Source: Schizochytrium sp. TIO01
Taxonomy: Eukaryota; Protista; Bigyra: Labyrinthulomycetes
NCBI GenBank assembly: GCA_004764695.1
Contig: SMSO01000005.1
Coordinates: forward strand, 496,001-560,000
Direction: 5' to 3'
Length of the DNA stretch: 64,000 bases
A program made the translations under genes and the position numbers. This document shows, one piece after another, positions 30,585-42,598 of this stretch. The notes under the pieces were generated by a model that did not search any database, was not told where the DNA came from, and worked only from the letters and a program-made list of their open reading frames with translations. Every line of letters starts with the position of its first letter. Within the stretch, counting starts at the first letter, position 1.

Positions 30585-32242
30585 TTTTATTTACTCTGAT
30601 AATCTTTACTCTTGAATAAGCTCTCGGGTAATCAATAAAACTACTAGCTGGTTATAGGAATAGTAAGCGATTTCCATTTTCAAAACTAGACCCACACGAT
30701 CAAGGCGGGGAAGTAGCCGCCGCTGAACTATGACGATCACTCAGATTCCTCAAACACAGTAACAAATAGAGTCTGCCCTTCTTACGACTACTAGAGCCTT
30801 TGGATACTTTTGATGTCTAAAACTGGCACAACCGATGCTCATCATTTTAGATGTTTTTGTGGGCCAGAATGACTCAAGATCTAGAGATCTCAACAGGTTC
30901 ACCTTTTAAATCTAGACCCTGGTACTTAGTAAAGCCAGGATAAGAGTAACTGGAAGTTTTTCTCGTATCCCTTCCATGCTTTGTAAAACGGAATTGAATT
31001 AAATACAAGAAACGGTCGCACCCCGACAGGAGCCGAATGCCGCTCGAGAGCCGAGTATCGGGCAAACCGAAAGCTTCCTCTGCGCTATTTCTGACAGCAA
31101 ACAGTCGCATACGCCTCAACAGTCTCTCACTTGCCTGACACATTACAAAGATACCAGTACGTAGATCTCATATAAACACAAAGCTACTCAGATCTCCTTT
31201 GTCGCATTAAGTAGCATGAGTACAACCAACCTAAGGCTCCACCGGGCTCACCCATCGCGCATTTTCTTCGCGCAATCGAACTCCAATCCACCGTCATTTC
31301 TGAGCGCCACGTATGTGGTTCTGACACAAAGCGACTTTAAGCACCTCATGTACCACGCGCCTATGACGCAAACTCCAGAACCCACCTTGATTACCCTTTA
31401 TCAACTCCTAGGTTAATCGTACGCCTTAGCCAGAAACGATCCTCTGATGTCATTCTCGCTCTGTCGGTGGCGGCCTCGCAGGCTGGTTTCGTCATCGATC
31501 TAGGAATAGTGACTTCGTTGGCTTAGGTTTGCGTGGAGCCACACCCACACGAAAATTCGCTGCTGCTGTCACTGCTGTTGTCGCAGCTGTAGGTACATAC
31601 CAACTTGCGATTTCTCAATGACATGGTACCTTGTACATAGATTGCTCGCAAAAAGTACTATTAGGGTTAATGTTATATATTGGTACTGTGTTGGGAAAAT
31701 GATGATAATGATGATGTGAGTGTGTACTAGACACTTTTGTTCCGGGCGCAAATGCTTTGCGGCAATATAAGATGGTGATGAGCGAGGCATGATGTCTGCG
31801 GCTGAACTGTGCTTAGCTTGAGACGCTGTGGCGACCGATTTCGTATGGGATGTTCTTTGAATGCACGGAATAGACGGCGTTAGCTTGCTGGAGCTGTGCT
31901 TTTAAACGATGAGCTACTTGAAGATGTACCTAGAGACTTGTTGTACTGTTACTCTTCTGTCGTGCAGTTGAGGCAACAAGGAGGAGGAGGATCCTCAACT
32001 GCTGACTTGAAGCAAAACCGAAACGAGCGGATAGGCCGAAAGCAAACCAAGAACTCAGCGTCGGTATTAAACGCAGAGTAGTACCTAGATCCGAGTGGGG
32101 CTCAAGCAAAAGCTAGAACCCTCTTGGGACGGCAAGTACTAGTTGTTCTGCCAAAACTACAAAGACAACATCAAACAATTACGGAAGGTGGCTCCTGTTG
32201 CTGGTCTCAGACACCAATCCGGGTTTCCTGAACTGGTGAAGA

Positions 32243-34096
32243 ATGTCGCGACTAGAGTTCTTAGATCTGGAGTACTTTGTGAAGCCACAGAATAGCAAGG
32301 AGCAACTTCATGTACTTAAGGGGGTAAGCGGTTCCATTAATGCCGGCAAGCTGGCCGCGATTATGGGCAGCAGTGGTGCGGGAAAGTCTACTCTGCTTGA
32401 CGTGCTTGCAATGCGCAAGACCGTAGGATCTGCTCATGGTTGTATCCTGTTGGATGGAAAACCAATACCCAGCAAAGAAAAGTGGAAGCGCATGGCAGGG
32501 TATGTTATGCAGCAAGACCGGCTTATGTCCACAGCCACGGTCTTTGAAGCACTGATGTTTTCAAAACAGCTGAGGACACCTTACAATACGGTGAGTTACG
32601 CGCAGCAGGAACAACACGTGGAAAGCATTCTTGAAGAAGTTGGTCTTAGCCACCGGCGCGACGCTCGCATTGGTGGAGAGGAGAAAAGGTCCCTTTCTGG
32701 TGGTGAAACCCGGCGTGTAAGTATCGCTCAGGAGCTAGTTGCGGACTGCTCTATTCTCTTCCTTGACGAGCCCACTTCGGGACTCGATTCGTCGAGCGCG
32801 AAAACCATCATGGAACTCCTGCGATCCATTGCAGCTCAAAATCGTATTGTTGCTGCCACTATCCATCAGCCCTCAAGCCAGATCTGTGCTCTTTTTGATG
32901 ACCTTTACCTTCTTGGCCAAGGTCATATGGTTTACGCTGGCCCATGGGGAGCCACGGTTCCTCACTTTGAGGCCCTAGGCTATCCTTGCCCGCAGTATAC
33001 CAACCCTGCTGATTTCTTGCTCGATTTAAGCAGAGACGAGACTGCATTCCCAACGATTACAAAACATGCGTATGACAGTATTCTCTATTCTCTAAATAAT
33101 GAGAGCTACAGTGAATCCACTGAAGAATTCCCGGCACAATCTTTGTCTGGGCCCGCCGTGCATGACTCATGGTTGACGCCGTTCCATTTCCAATTCCGCT
33201 TGTTATGGCGCCGCTCACTCCAACAATGGATCCGTGATCCAATTATTTTGATGAGTGAGCTTGTTCAATATGTACTTTTTGGCCTTCTTATTGGCGTTTT
33301 GTACTACAACGTTTCGGACGGCGCAGTCAATGGGACATTTGATCGTACATCAGCCTTCTTCTTCATTCTGACAACGATTTGCTTTATCCCTTCCTACACG
33401 GTCGTAACCCTGGCTCGTGAAGGTCGTCCTCTTCAAACTCGTGAACTTTCATCTGGAATGTATCGTGTCACGGCAAACTTTTTGGCAAAAATGTGTACTA
33501 CAGTTCCGTTTGAGATTTGTCTCAGTTTGCTTTTTTCAGTGTGCTGCTACTTCTTAATCGGGTTCCAACTCGAAGCGGGCCACTTTTTCATTTTCGTTGT
33601 CATTGTTGTGATTTTCCAGCTTTCAAGCGAAACAATGGGTCTCATTTGCGCCGCCACAACCCCAAACCCAACGATCGGTGTTCTTTTACTTTCTTTCATA
33701 TTGCTTATTGCATTAGCTTTTGGAGGATTTGTAGTAAGCGAGCCGCGATCCTTCTATATCTGGTTCGAAAAAATTAATTTCTTCGTATATGCTTACACAG
33801 CAGCTACACTCAACGAATTCGACGGTCTTACATTATACATAGATGGCGAGCCTGTTAAGGCCATCGACTACCTCCGTGCAGAGGGACGTCTTCGCAATGA
33901 TCTTACCCTTGGAGAAAATATTGCGGTTATGATCGCATTCCTGATTGGTTTTCGTTTATTTGCGTGGGCTTGCTTAGTTTGGAATGCGACTAAATCACAA
34001 TTTACTCTAGAACCAAAGAAGAGTAGAACGTTAGTTTCTACTGTAAAGTCCAAAACTATCGAAAGTGACGACCCTTCGATTGTCTCCCAAGTTTGA
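32243..34096 (+). CDS. ABCG/White-family half ABC transporter (NBD-TMD)
   Basis: Walker A GSSGAGKST, signature LSGGE, Walker B ILFLDEPTSGLD, TIHQP, YTNPADF, and an ABC2-type C-terminal TM domain. Confidence 0.96.
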   Translation: MSRLEFLDLEYFVKPQNSKEQLHVLKGVSGSINAGKLAAIMGSSGAGKSTLLDVLAMRKTVGSAHGCILLDGKPIPSKEKWKRMAGYVMQQDRLMSTATVFEALMFSKQLRTPYNTVSYAQQEQHVESILEEVGLSHRRDARIGGEEKRSLSGGETRRVSIAQELVADCSILFLDEPTSGLDSSSAKTIMELLRSIAAQNRIVAATIHQPSSQICALFDDLYLLGQGHMVYAGPWGATVPHFEALGYPCPQYTNPADFLLDLSRDETAFPTITKHAYDSILYSLNNESYSESTEEFPAQSLSGPAVHDSWLTPFHFQFRLLWRRSLQQWIRDPIILMSELVQYVLFGLLIGVLYYNVSDGAVNGTFDRTSAFFFILTTICFIPSYTVVTLAREGRPLQTRELSSGMYRVTANFLAKMCTTVPFEICLSLLFSVCCYFLIGFQLEAGHFFIFVVIVVIFQLSSETMGLICAATTPNPTIGVLLLSFILLIALAFGGFVVSEPRSFYIWFEKINFFVYAYTAATLNEFDGLTLYIDGEPVKAIDYLRAEGRLRNDLTLGENIAVMIAFLIGFRLFAWACLVWNATKSQFTLEPKKSRTLVSTVKSKTIESDDPSIVSQV

Positions 34097-36260
34097 GAAA
34101 TTGAGTATGGCACCATGACCTAGTTTACTTAGGCTGCAGCTTCGTTTGGTAAAGACTAGCTAGCAAGTTGACAAAGAGGCCCTAATTTGCAGTCGCAATA
34201 TCCTTTATTTTAACAGGTAGCGAAGAGGGTCAGTCCAACGAGATAAATGAAGACGAACCATAACGTTTATAAAAATAAATTAAATACTAGAGAAACAGAA
34301 AGAGTACTAGGCTACTACTATTACAATCCTCAATCCTTCCTTGACCTTTTAGCATTCATTCATTGAGAACCAACCAACTACAACAGAGATTGTGCCAATA
34401 CTGGATCCAAAAATAAAAAGCAGAGGGGAAAATACTCTGTTTTGTTCACTGTCAACTATGAAGTACAATAAGTAACCACTTTTAATACAACATATTTAGT
34501 TTCCTTAGTTCATACTGAAGTTAAATGTTTATCTAAGAACACCTAATGAGTATTGCGTTTCTTTCCACAGATATATTCTGTCATAAATAATCTTGTGCCT
34601 CAGGCCATCAAATTCAACTCGAGGTGGTTGGAAGCTAGCATAACAACCCTCGAAGAATTCTCATTGGTCCGCCTCAAGGTGCGCCACTTACTCCATCCTC
34701 CTCTCAAAACCAACCGCAATGAGTCTTGTGGTCCATTCTATTTAATTCATTCATACACCCAGTCTCTCCACACTGCCCAAGCTTGAACTATCTCACGTTA
34801 CTTGAAATAAAAAAGCAAGGCCCGTAGTCATGATCATGCTGTCAAAGAATCTATCTTAGCCCTTTCCATTTGGTCTGTTTTGATTGACCCGTTGCCCCAC
34901 GCCTATTGGCATATATATAACTCCTATGGTTGCTTTTGACTGGAGCCACGCTTTTTCTGAGACGACTCCGGGCGCACCCGAGGCGGTGCTTATGATAGGC
35001 GTCAAAGACCGATATTGCGCGTTATGAAGTATTATAGTGCGAGCGAGCAAATCTAGGGTTTGACTTGGGGGGAGTCGAAGCTCGCCATGCTCTTCGTTTT
35101 CATAATTTGAAAGCCTCCAGAAGAGAGGCGGATGTGGAGTGAAAGACACGCTTGGGCAATTTTCACAAAGAAAACATGAATAAGCAGTCAGAGAAGGTGG
35201 CACACCAAAGACTTTGCAGTGGTAAACCTAGCTTTTAAAGTTTTCGCAACAGCCAGTAAAACATCTAGGTCTACAATTTTCGCAGACTTCGATAGACTTT
35301 GGGCACGGTCTGCAGCGAGTTGTTATGACAACAACTGATAATCAAAATTGCGAAGAATGTAATGCAATGTTTGGTTGCTCGAGTGTCCTTTTTTAAACAT
35401 AATAAGTAACCTAATTTTAAGTGGACTTGAAATGGCCAGCAGCTGCGAGCCACATCATTTATAGCTACACTGTGAATCGAGCTATTTAATATTGCGAGGA
35501 TTGATGGATTGGTTAATTGATTGACGAAGGCAAAGTTGTCAAACAAAAGAAAGAAAGATGGAAGCTTTCGTTATGGAGCACGAGTATGGGGAATAGTGCG
35601 CTGTGTCGAAAAGGACATAATTTAAAAAAAAAAAAAAATTGGAAAAAATAAAATAAAAATAAAAAAGGTCTACTAGTAGAGAGAAAAGCATTTCCAGCAA
35701 TTCGAAATACATAGTTAAAACATCACGCTCCATCAGCGCCAGTGACCCCACTATCTGATAGCCTTAGCTGCCAGCACGATCCCCTTGACAATTTGCCATC
35801 TTGCCATTACGAGACCCTAAAGAAGCCCCGAATTTAATGTGAAAGACCTCACGACCCCTTGTTCTCACGAGTCAGAGGTAAAGAGGCCCAGGCCAAAGTA
35901 CCTAAAACGGTTCAGGGAGCTGTCGCATTCCAAGGCGGACGAGTGGCGGAACATATAAGCGTCCCATACTAAAAATATTTACTCGAGGGGTAGAGCAACA
36001 AGAGAAACACGAGACAGGCAGTTTAAAAGTCTAGCTGATTGTTGTTTAGACATTGATCAACGACCTCGAGCAGCCATTGTAAGCCGAACAGCTGTTACCA
36101 TATCTGACAGCTAGGCATACAAAGCCAAGAGCAGCTCTTACGGTAACAGTTCTACTTTTCCATAACCTCTTTCTGGAGCAGGGAGGAGTCCCTCTCACCT
36201 CAACCCCAACGAGCATAAGCGCTTGCCCGCTGAGCATCTGCTATTTACATACTAATAGCT

Positions 36261-36350
36261 CGGTACAGCTCAGTGCAGCTCAGTGCAGCTCAGTGCTGCT
36301 CAGTGCTGCTCAGTGCTGCTCAGTGCTGCTCAGTGCTGCTCAGTGCTGCT
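36261..36350. repeat. 10-bp tandem repeat (CAGTGCWGCT)n, ~9 copies, just upstream of the kinase start
   Basis: Directly visible; it generates the spurious repeated N-terminus in the ORF track. Confidence 0.93.
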
Positions 36351-36394
36351 CGCGCTGCTCAGCACAAGCCAAATACATAGTAGACTGTAATGAA

Positions 36395-39148
36395 ATGACT
36401 CTCATTCGAACATCGAGTAGGCATGTCATGCCAGAGCCAATGAGTGCTTCCGTAACGTCCACAGGATCGAGCAAGTCTACTCTCATGCATCTGGGGTATA
36501 ACCGTAACACCATGGACGACGACAGCAATACGGATGACGGATTTCCACAACCACTCGAGGATACTTCAAGGCTTGAGTTTCATGCCCATGTACCATACCA
36601 ACCACAAGAGCGACCAGAAGAATCGCATCAGAATAATTATCAAACATACGAAAAGAACCTTAGTCATAACATGAATGGTGATCTCGGCGCTTCAAATGAT
36701 CTTGAAGCAGGCTACAATGCAGCTACAGCTCTAAGCGAGGTGAACCATGCTCAAATCCACCCGTTCACAAATCACTTCATTGGAGCCAACGACCTTGAAG
36801 TATTGTATCGAAGGAATCGTCTCAAGGAAACGGCGCCTCTACTTCGATGGGCATCAGGGCTGCTCCTGCTATGCCTAATTCTGGATTGTCTAAGCGTCAC
36901 TCTGCTAAGGAACACCGTGCACATTGGTCTCTACATTGCTCTTTGCGTCATTACGTGTTTTCAACTTTGTCTCTTTATATTTCGGAATCGCCTTTATTCG
37001 CATCTCCTTTTGTTCTACTATCAATATACTACGATTGCGCTCAGTGTAAGCGCTTTTGCTTATGTTATTCTTAGCGATACACTTCTGGTATGCGTACTCT
37101 ATGGCAGAACAGAACCACTATGCGATGACAATGGTGAACAGCTTTGGTACATGGAGGATACCACACGCGTAGCATACTGTATGTCGCTTCTTTTTGGTAT
37201 CCTGCCATTTGGTTTCCGTGTGAACTTCCTTGCATGCGTTGTCATTTACACATGCGCTTTAGTTCTACATATTATCTTGCGTGTAGCAGCGTTTGTTACA
37301 TCTGGATTGGAGGGCACGCACGGAACAGTTTTCAACGCACTCTTACTCGATGCATTTTTTCTCCTCATTATTATGGTAATCTTACTTTATGGAGCCTATA
37401 TGTATGAGCGCAATGACCGCGTTGTATTTTTGCGATTGCGAAAATCTCAGCTTGAATCTGATCAACTCCACAACGAACTTGAAATGGTTCGAGAGGAACT
37501 TGGATGGGCTGAAGATGAAGCCAACACCAACGAAATTAAACTCGAAATCGAACGTGCAAAGGCTGATCTTGACCGAATGTATCAACACGCACAGAAACGT
37601 CTTGAAAGCTGGGTCATCCCGATTGATGCACTCGTCCTTGACAAACGAGTTGGTGAGGGTAGTTTTGGTGAGGTTTTTCGTGGTCGTATTAAGGTCCATC
37701 ATCAAAATTATGGCGGTGATATGATGTATGATAGAGTTGGTGATGGTCTTCTCCCCCGAGTTGCAAGCACTTCGATGCGCTCATTTTCCTCTCAACGATC
37801 GACATATTTAGGCAATCTCCAATCTCCACAACATCAAGACCAGGAGTTCGAATCAGCATTTGGTGAAGATAGCTTGGGTACTCTTTATACTCATCGAACC
37901 TCTCCTGTGCGAAAGCACCATCGCAAATATTCAACCATGCCAAACAATTCAGTGGTTGCTATCAAACGTATCCCAAAACACAAAATTAACCGCAAAACAG
38001 TGCTTTCTCTGTTACAAGAGACCTATGCTATGGCTTTGTGCCGCCATCCCAACGTATTGCGTCTCGTCGGTGTGGTTTTTGACCCGTTCGTTTGTGTTGT
38101 ATTTGAATATATGGCCTTAGGGTCACTCAAAGACCTGCTTGACGCTTCGAACCCAAGATTGGCTTTGCAAACCACACAACGTTTTTCCAAGGGCTCAAAC
38201 CCAGCACTATTACCTCTTGATGCCAGTGGGAAAGGTACAAGTATGTGGCATAGTATGCGCGAAAGAGATGAGGATATTTTTCATGATGCAGAACGCAAGT
38301 TACAGCGGGACAGTGTTGTACAAGAACTTCAAGACTATGCATTGCCTGGGCAGTGTGTATGGACTCACACTAAAACACGAATGTGTGTAAACATCGCTGC
38401 TGGAGTTTCTTACTTGCATTCACAAGGGATCATTCACCGTGATCTTAAATCCAGCAATCTCATGGTAGACGCCACGCATGCAGTGAAGGTTGCTGATCTT
38501 GGAACAGCTCGCGACATGGACCCGCGTCGTGCTGCACCCCAGGATGTATCAGATGCAGACTCTACTTCGAACGAGCAACCGGGTCATGAACGGCGCACTA
38601 GGCCTCGACGCATGTCACGAGTTGGCTCTCCCCTTTGGATTGCTCCTGAGGTCATTCGTAGCGAAAATGGCGAGTATAGTTATGAATGTGATGTCTGGTC
38701 ATTTGGGGTGATCCTTTGTGAGATTATGACACATCGTGATCCCTATACTGACGTAGATGGGCGTTCAAATTTCAATCTTCTTCAGGTTGTTGAAGGGCAG
38801 CTTAGTCCCCTTGACTTTATTGACGATGCCTTAGAACATACACCTTCCGGAATTGTGCAATTAGCTCAGGCTTGTTGTGAGTTTGATCCAGCAAAGCGTT
38901 GCTCGATGCGTGAAGCCCTTTTTGAGCTTCTGCGTATTGTCGTTGAGCAGGAAACAAGTAAGGTAGAGGCTGATGCGATTGCTGCTGCAGGACCTTACAT
39001 TCGTTATAGCCAACCTTCACGCGTTAACCTTTTTCGACATCTGAGGCCCTCTTTCGAAAGCGAGCCGCATGGGCAAGATCCACGAAATCACATCGATTCA
39101 ACTCAGATGCCTACGCCATCACCCTTCATTACCTCAAACAAATGCTAA
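36395..39148 (+). CDS. Multi-pass membrane tyrosine-kinase-like (TKL) protein kinase
   Basis: About 6 hydrophobic segments ending in YGAYMYERNDRVVFLRL, then a coiled coil and the kinase domain: VGEGSFGEVFRG, VAIKRI, HPNVLRLVG, IIHRDLKSSN, VADLG, VGSPLWIAPEV, DVWSFGVILCEI. First ATG at 36395. Confidence 0.9.
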   Translation: MTLIRTSSRHVMPEPMSASVTSTGSSKSTLMHLGYNRNTMDDDSNTDDGFPQPLEDTSRLEFHAHVPYQPQERPEESHQNNYQTYEKNLSHNMNGDLGASNDLEAGYNAATALSEVNHAQIHPFTNHFIGANDLEVLYRRNRLKETAPLLRWASGLLLLCLILDCLSVTLLRNTVHIGLYIALCVITCFQLCLFIFRNRLYSHLLLFYYQYTTIALSVSAFAYVILSDTLLVCVLYGRTEPLCDDNGEQLWYMEDTTRVAYCMSLLFGILPFGFRVNFLACVVIYTCALVLHIILRVAAFVTSGLEGTHGTVFNALLLDAFFLLIIMVILLYGAYMYERNDRVVFLRLRKSQLESDQLHNELEMVREELGWAEDEANTNEIKLEIERAKADLDRMYQHAQKRLESWVIPIDALVLDKRVGEGSFGEVFRGRIKVHHQNYGGDMMYDRVGDGLLPRVASTSMRSFSSQRSTYLGNLQSPQHQDQEFESAFGEDSLGTLYTHRTSPVRKHHRKYSTMPNNSVVAIKRIPKHKINRKTVLSLLQETYAMALCRHPNVLRLVGVVFDPFVCVVFEYMALGSLKDLLDASNPRLALQTTQRFSKGSNPALLPLDASGKGTSMWHSMRERDEDIFHDAERKLQRDSVVQELQDYALPGQCVWTHTKTRMCVNIAAGVSYLHSQGIIHRDLKSSNLMVDATHAVKVADLGTARDMDPRRAAPQDVSDADSTSNEQPGHERRTRPRRMSRVGSPLWIAPEVIRSENGEYSYECDVWSFGVILCEIMTHRDPYTDVDGRSNFNLLQVVEGQLSPLDFIDDALEHTPSGIVQLAQACCEFDPAKRCSMREALFELLRIVVEQETSKVEADAIAAAGPYIRYSQPSRVNLFRHLRPSFESEPHGQDPRNHIDSTQMPTPSPFITSNKC

Positions 39149-39160
39149 CTCATGTGCTAG

Positions 39161-40223
39161 AAACTCGACAAATCGCAACGTGCGCTCAAATAACTATTCT
39201 GTGCACACACTGAGCTCGTCAGATGTGATTGCGGAAGCACTCCATGAGAATGACCTTGACCATCTCGTTCATAAAAGGCGGCATCCTCATCACTGCACAA
39301 GTCAATCTGCTGATGACGATGAAAATCTTGACTCGGACTCTGAAGAAGATGAGACAGAGAGTGAAGATGATGATCTGCATGAAGATGAATTTCCTTTGGA
39401 TATGGCTCCTTATGCTCGTGGGTCAAGCCCAGCAAATACAGCATCTACTAATTCAGGTACTCGTCTACTGCCTGGCAGCCAATCTACTTTTGGTGAGAGC
39501 TCTGCCACTGGAGCTTTTACTCGAGTTGGCGTTGCAGATGAAAGCATGGGTAGTGTGGAAGGCTCGTCCCGATTGATGACGACACCTCATCCATTTGGTA
39601 TAAACAATATGAGTCAGCAAAGTCTAGCTACTCAGCATCCAGATGATGATTACGATAACATTGGGAGCAGTCGTAGGAATACGAAGAATAGTCGTCGTCG
39701 ATCCAAGGAAAGGCCGAGGTCATTAGTCACCGTCAAAACAGATACTACCTGTACCACTTTCGCTGGATCATCACGTACTTTAGGCGCACCTCCGTTGATG
39801 ATGGAATACGAAGAGCCCATGCATTATCGGGCTTTACGCCAGAGCTATTCTACCCATAACATGGGCGAAACTCTGATACAAGAAAAAGTTCAGTCATTAT
39901 TATCTTCATTTCCAAGTATGGGATCAATCGTACCGCCCACGTTTGCAGGATTTCGTGACAGAAGCTCTGATTTATCGTCTCGTGAGCCATCTGCGGCATC
40001 TAATCTTCCTGGATCCCGCCTAAGGGAATCAGCTACATCTTCCCATTCCGTCGCTTCTGATCAACAGCAACAAGTAGCACGAAGAAGTGTGAGCATTGGA
40101 AGTGAACGGTCGAGGCGCCAGTCTCAAAGCTGTCGAATCACGAGAGAAAGCTCTGCACCAGCAGTGGGAGAGAAGCAGTCACACTCCATGCGGGGTCCAT
40201 TTCAATGTATTGCTGAATTTTAA
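39161..40223 (+). CDS. Ser/acidic low-complexity ORF, probable C-terminal exon of the upstream TKL kinase
   Basis: Overlaps the kinase stop in the +1 frame. A branch-point-like GCTAAC (39144-39149) and a TAG acceptor at 39160 are present; a GC-AG intron 39073-39160 restores the frame. Confidence 0.55.
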
Positions 40224-40447
40224 AAACTCACAACGTTAATTGCTGTAGCACAAGCTCTGGCAATAGTATAGAGAACCAAAATTTGAATAGCTTGAATCGC
40301 AATACCGTGCTTTAACTATGAAAATGTAGTAGTAAGTCTTTGTAACCTAATTATAAACATTCTTCGTTGTTATATGAGCGACACGCCAAGTCTCCAGCTT
40401 TGGTATGTCTTCTTTTTTTAATGTCTATAAAGAAAAATAAATAGAAC

Positions 40448-42598
40448 TCAGCGCATGGCAGTGGCTAAGCGAACCCCAGTTACAAGCTGGTCATTTATTT
40501 CTTCGAAAGCTTGGCTTAGTTGCTCCTCACTTCTGAAGAGAGCATGATCTTCATTATGAGACCATTCTTCGGTCATGCGTTCTAGACGTGTCTGATACTC
40601 ACTGCGAAGTCTGCTTTCAAGCTGTTTAAGCGCGATTCGACGTGCCTGCTCTGAAATATTTTTCTCCCGGTTCTCCTTGTCAACCCGCTCTTTGAGCATC
40701 TCTTCCTGGTCGAGATAGTAGCGCTCAATAGACTCGTACCGATCAAGGCGTTCCTTGTCCAGTTTGGCTTGTTCATCAGCCTCTTGCTCCTTAACAGCTA
40801 AGAGATATTCCTTCTCAATTTTAAGCGCCTTTGAAAATAGTGTACGTACAAGAACCTCCTCCTTAGTTTGTCGGCGTAAAGAGTGACTTTGTTCAAGGTT
40901 TTCGAAGCTTTCCTGGTAACGTCTTGATCTTGCACGCTCCACTCGTGAGTCTAATTTCTCTGCTCTGCTTGCCATTGTTGCAGCTCTCTTGGCTCGAATT
41001 GTAGACTTTCGGATTTCAGCCTCGTGTGTCTTTATCAAAATTTGGTATGCTTTACGATACCGAGATAAGTCATCCTCAAGACGACGTGTAACGTTGTTCT
41101 TCTTATGTGCATGTTGAGGTGTGCGAGTCTTTTTGGCAGCTGCTGCTTTCTGTTGTGCCCAAACAGATCGATAAATTGAAGGATAGCACTCGGCAAGTAC
41201 CTTCAGACCCTCCACATCTGCCTCACTGCGAACCTGAGCAAAAGAGTTAGGCTCTGAAAATGTTTGTTGCATTTTCTCTGCTGCATCGTGCAAACGGCTT
41301 ACTCCCTTTGTAGCTGGAAGATGACCTTCTTGGCGCTTGCGCGCCCGGATTTTACTCTGCACTTTGCGATTATCTTCTTCATCCAAATATCGAGCTTTTG
41401 CAGCACGCTGAGGGACTCGCGGCTTCCTAGCTACTGTCGAAGACACTGTCTTAGTAACTTCACTTGGCTTTGCGCCCTTCGTAACCAAATCAGATTTTGA
41501 AAGAGTGCTTAGTTTCTTTTTGGATACCGTTGTGGCACGTTTCGGCTTTCTTGCTTTACCCTTTTCGGGTCTAACATTTGCTGGGCGGCCACTACCCGTA
41601 ACTGTATGTGGTGCTTGAGGTTGCGGAGATGACTTTCGGGTATCATCACCCACATCAGAGAGGTCAATGCTCTGCATAGAAATATGGCCAGGGAACGGTG
41701 TGTGAGAACGTGCGTTTCCTCGTGAGGAGGGGGACATATGACGTGGAGAACTTGGGAAACGACCGCCTATAGCTCCCTCTAGGGACCCGCCACTGCTTCC
41801 TGTAGTTGAGCGCGGTGAGTTCGAGGTAACACCTGTGAAAGGTATGTTATTTCCCTTGACTGTACTTGCATCAATATCTCCTCCATGCTGCGCATGGGTT
41901 CCTCCAGCCATTGCAGTTGCGGCTGCAATACTAGGAGCCTCATAGAGCTGGTTCCACAAACTTTCGAAAATACTAAGCATATGGTGAATTTGCATAGGAT
42001 CACCACGGTAGATATCTTCTCCGCTGAGGAATGATAAATCTATCGGGAGAGATTCTGAAAGAGCGGCCATTACAAGCTCCGCATTTGTGATGTAGTCCGT
42101 CACAACTCTTGGTTTGCGAATGACATTTTTCAAGCGCACATTAAAAAGAGTTTCGAAAATAGCAACAAACATTGACGATGCACTCTTTTGTAATTCTTCA
42201 AAGGCTTGGATAGGGCGTGTTGTAATGTTAAGCTTAACAAACAAGTCATTTGTTCGTCGAACGATACTTTCGAAAAATGCTGGATCCTCATGGAAACGAG
42301 TGTGAGCATCATTGGATTCGCCACCTAAAGGTCTGCGCTGGTCGGAGCTCGTTTGCACAGCATGCGCGCCACTACCCTCAACATTTTGTTTCGCAGTGAC
42401 CGCTGCTTGCAAAGTTGGGTGATGTGTACTCGTAATTACACTCACATCCGAATCCAACGTTGTAGAGTCTACACCAAGGTTGGCAACATTCATCTCATCA
42501 TCACTAGTCATCATCGTCCGTTCAATACTTGACGCGTCAAAATCTTCGTTAATGACGCCTATTGTGGCGCTCGCTGTGAAGTTCTGAGCAGAGTCCAT
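40448..42598 (-). CDS. CEP95-like centrosomal protein (DUF5745/CH-like N-domain plus C-terminal coiled coil)
   Basis: SSMFVAIFETLF..NAELVMAALS..IDLSFLSGEDIYRGDPMQIHHMLSIF matches the CEP95 N-terminal domain pattern. The C-terminal RARSRRYQE..LFSKALKIEK..IERYYLDQEEMLKE matches the CEP95 tail. Confidence 0.72.
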   Translation of the reverse strand: MDSAQNFTASATIGVINEDFDASSIERTMMTSDDEMNVANLGVDSTTLDSDVSVITSTHHPTLQAAVTAKQNVEGSGAHAVQTSSDQRRPLGGESNDAHTRFHEDPAFFESIVRRTNDLFVKLNITTRPIQAFEELQKSASSMFVAIFETLFNVRLKNVIRKPRVVTDYITNAELVMAALSESLPIDLSFLSGEDIYRGDPMQIHHMLSIFESLWNQLYEAPSIAAATAMAGGTHAQHGGDIDASTVKGNNIPFTGVTSNSPRSTTGSSGGSLEGAIGGRFPSSPRHMSPSSRGNARSHTPFPGHISMQSIDLSDVGDDTRKSSPQPQAPHTVTGSGRPANVRPEKGKARKPKRATTVSKKKLSTLSKSDLVTKGAKPSEVTKTVSSTVARKPRVPQRAAKARYLDEEDNRKVQSKIRARKRQEGHLPATKGVSRLHDAAEKMQQTFSEPNSFAQVRSEADVEGLKVLAECYPSIYRSVWAQQKAAAAKKTRTPQHAHKKNNVTRRLEDDLSRYRKAYQILIKTHEAEIRKSTIRAKRAATMASRAEKLDSRVERARSRRYQESFENLEQSHSLRRQTKEEVLVRTLFSKALKIEKEYLLAVKEQEADEQAKLDKERLDRYESIERYYLDQEEMLKERVDKENREKNISEQARRIALKQLESRLRSEYQTRLERMTEEWSHNEDHALFRSEEQLSQAFEEINDQLVTGVRLATAMR

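Noticed and set aside
30600-32200. Possible gene or transposon remnant in the long gap before the ABCG gene
   Set aside because: Only short ORFs with no recognisable motifs, terminal repeats or target-site duplications were found.
36293-36394. Cys-rich N-terminus (MLLSAAQCCS...) of the TKL kinase
   Set aside because: It is produced by translating the 10-bp repeat from a GTG; the first ATG is at 36395.
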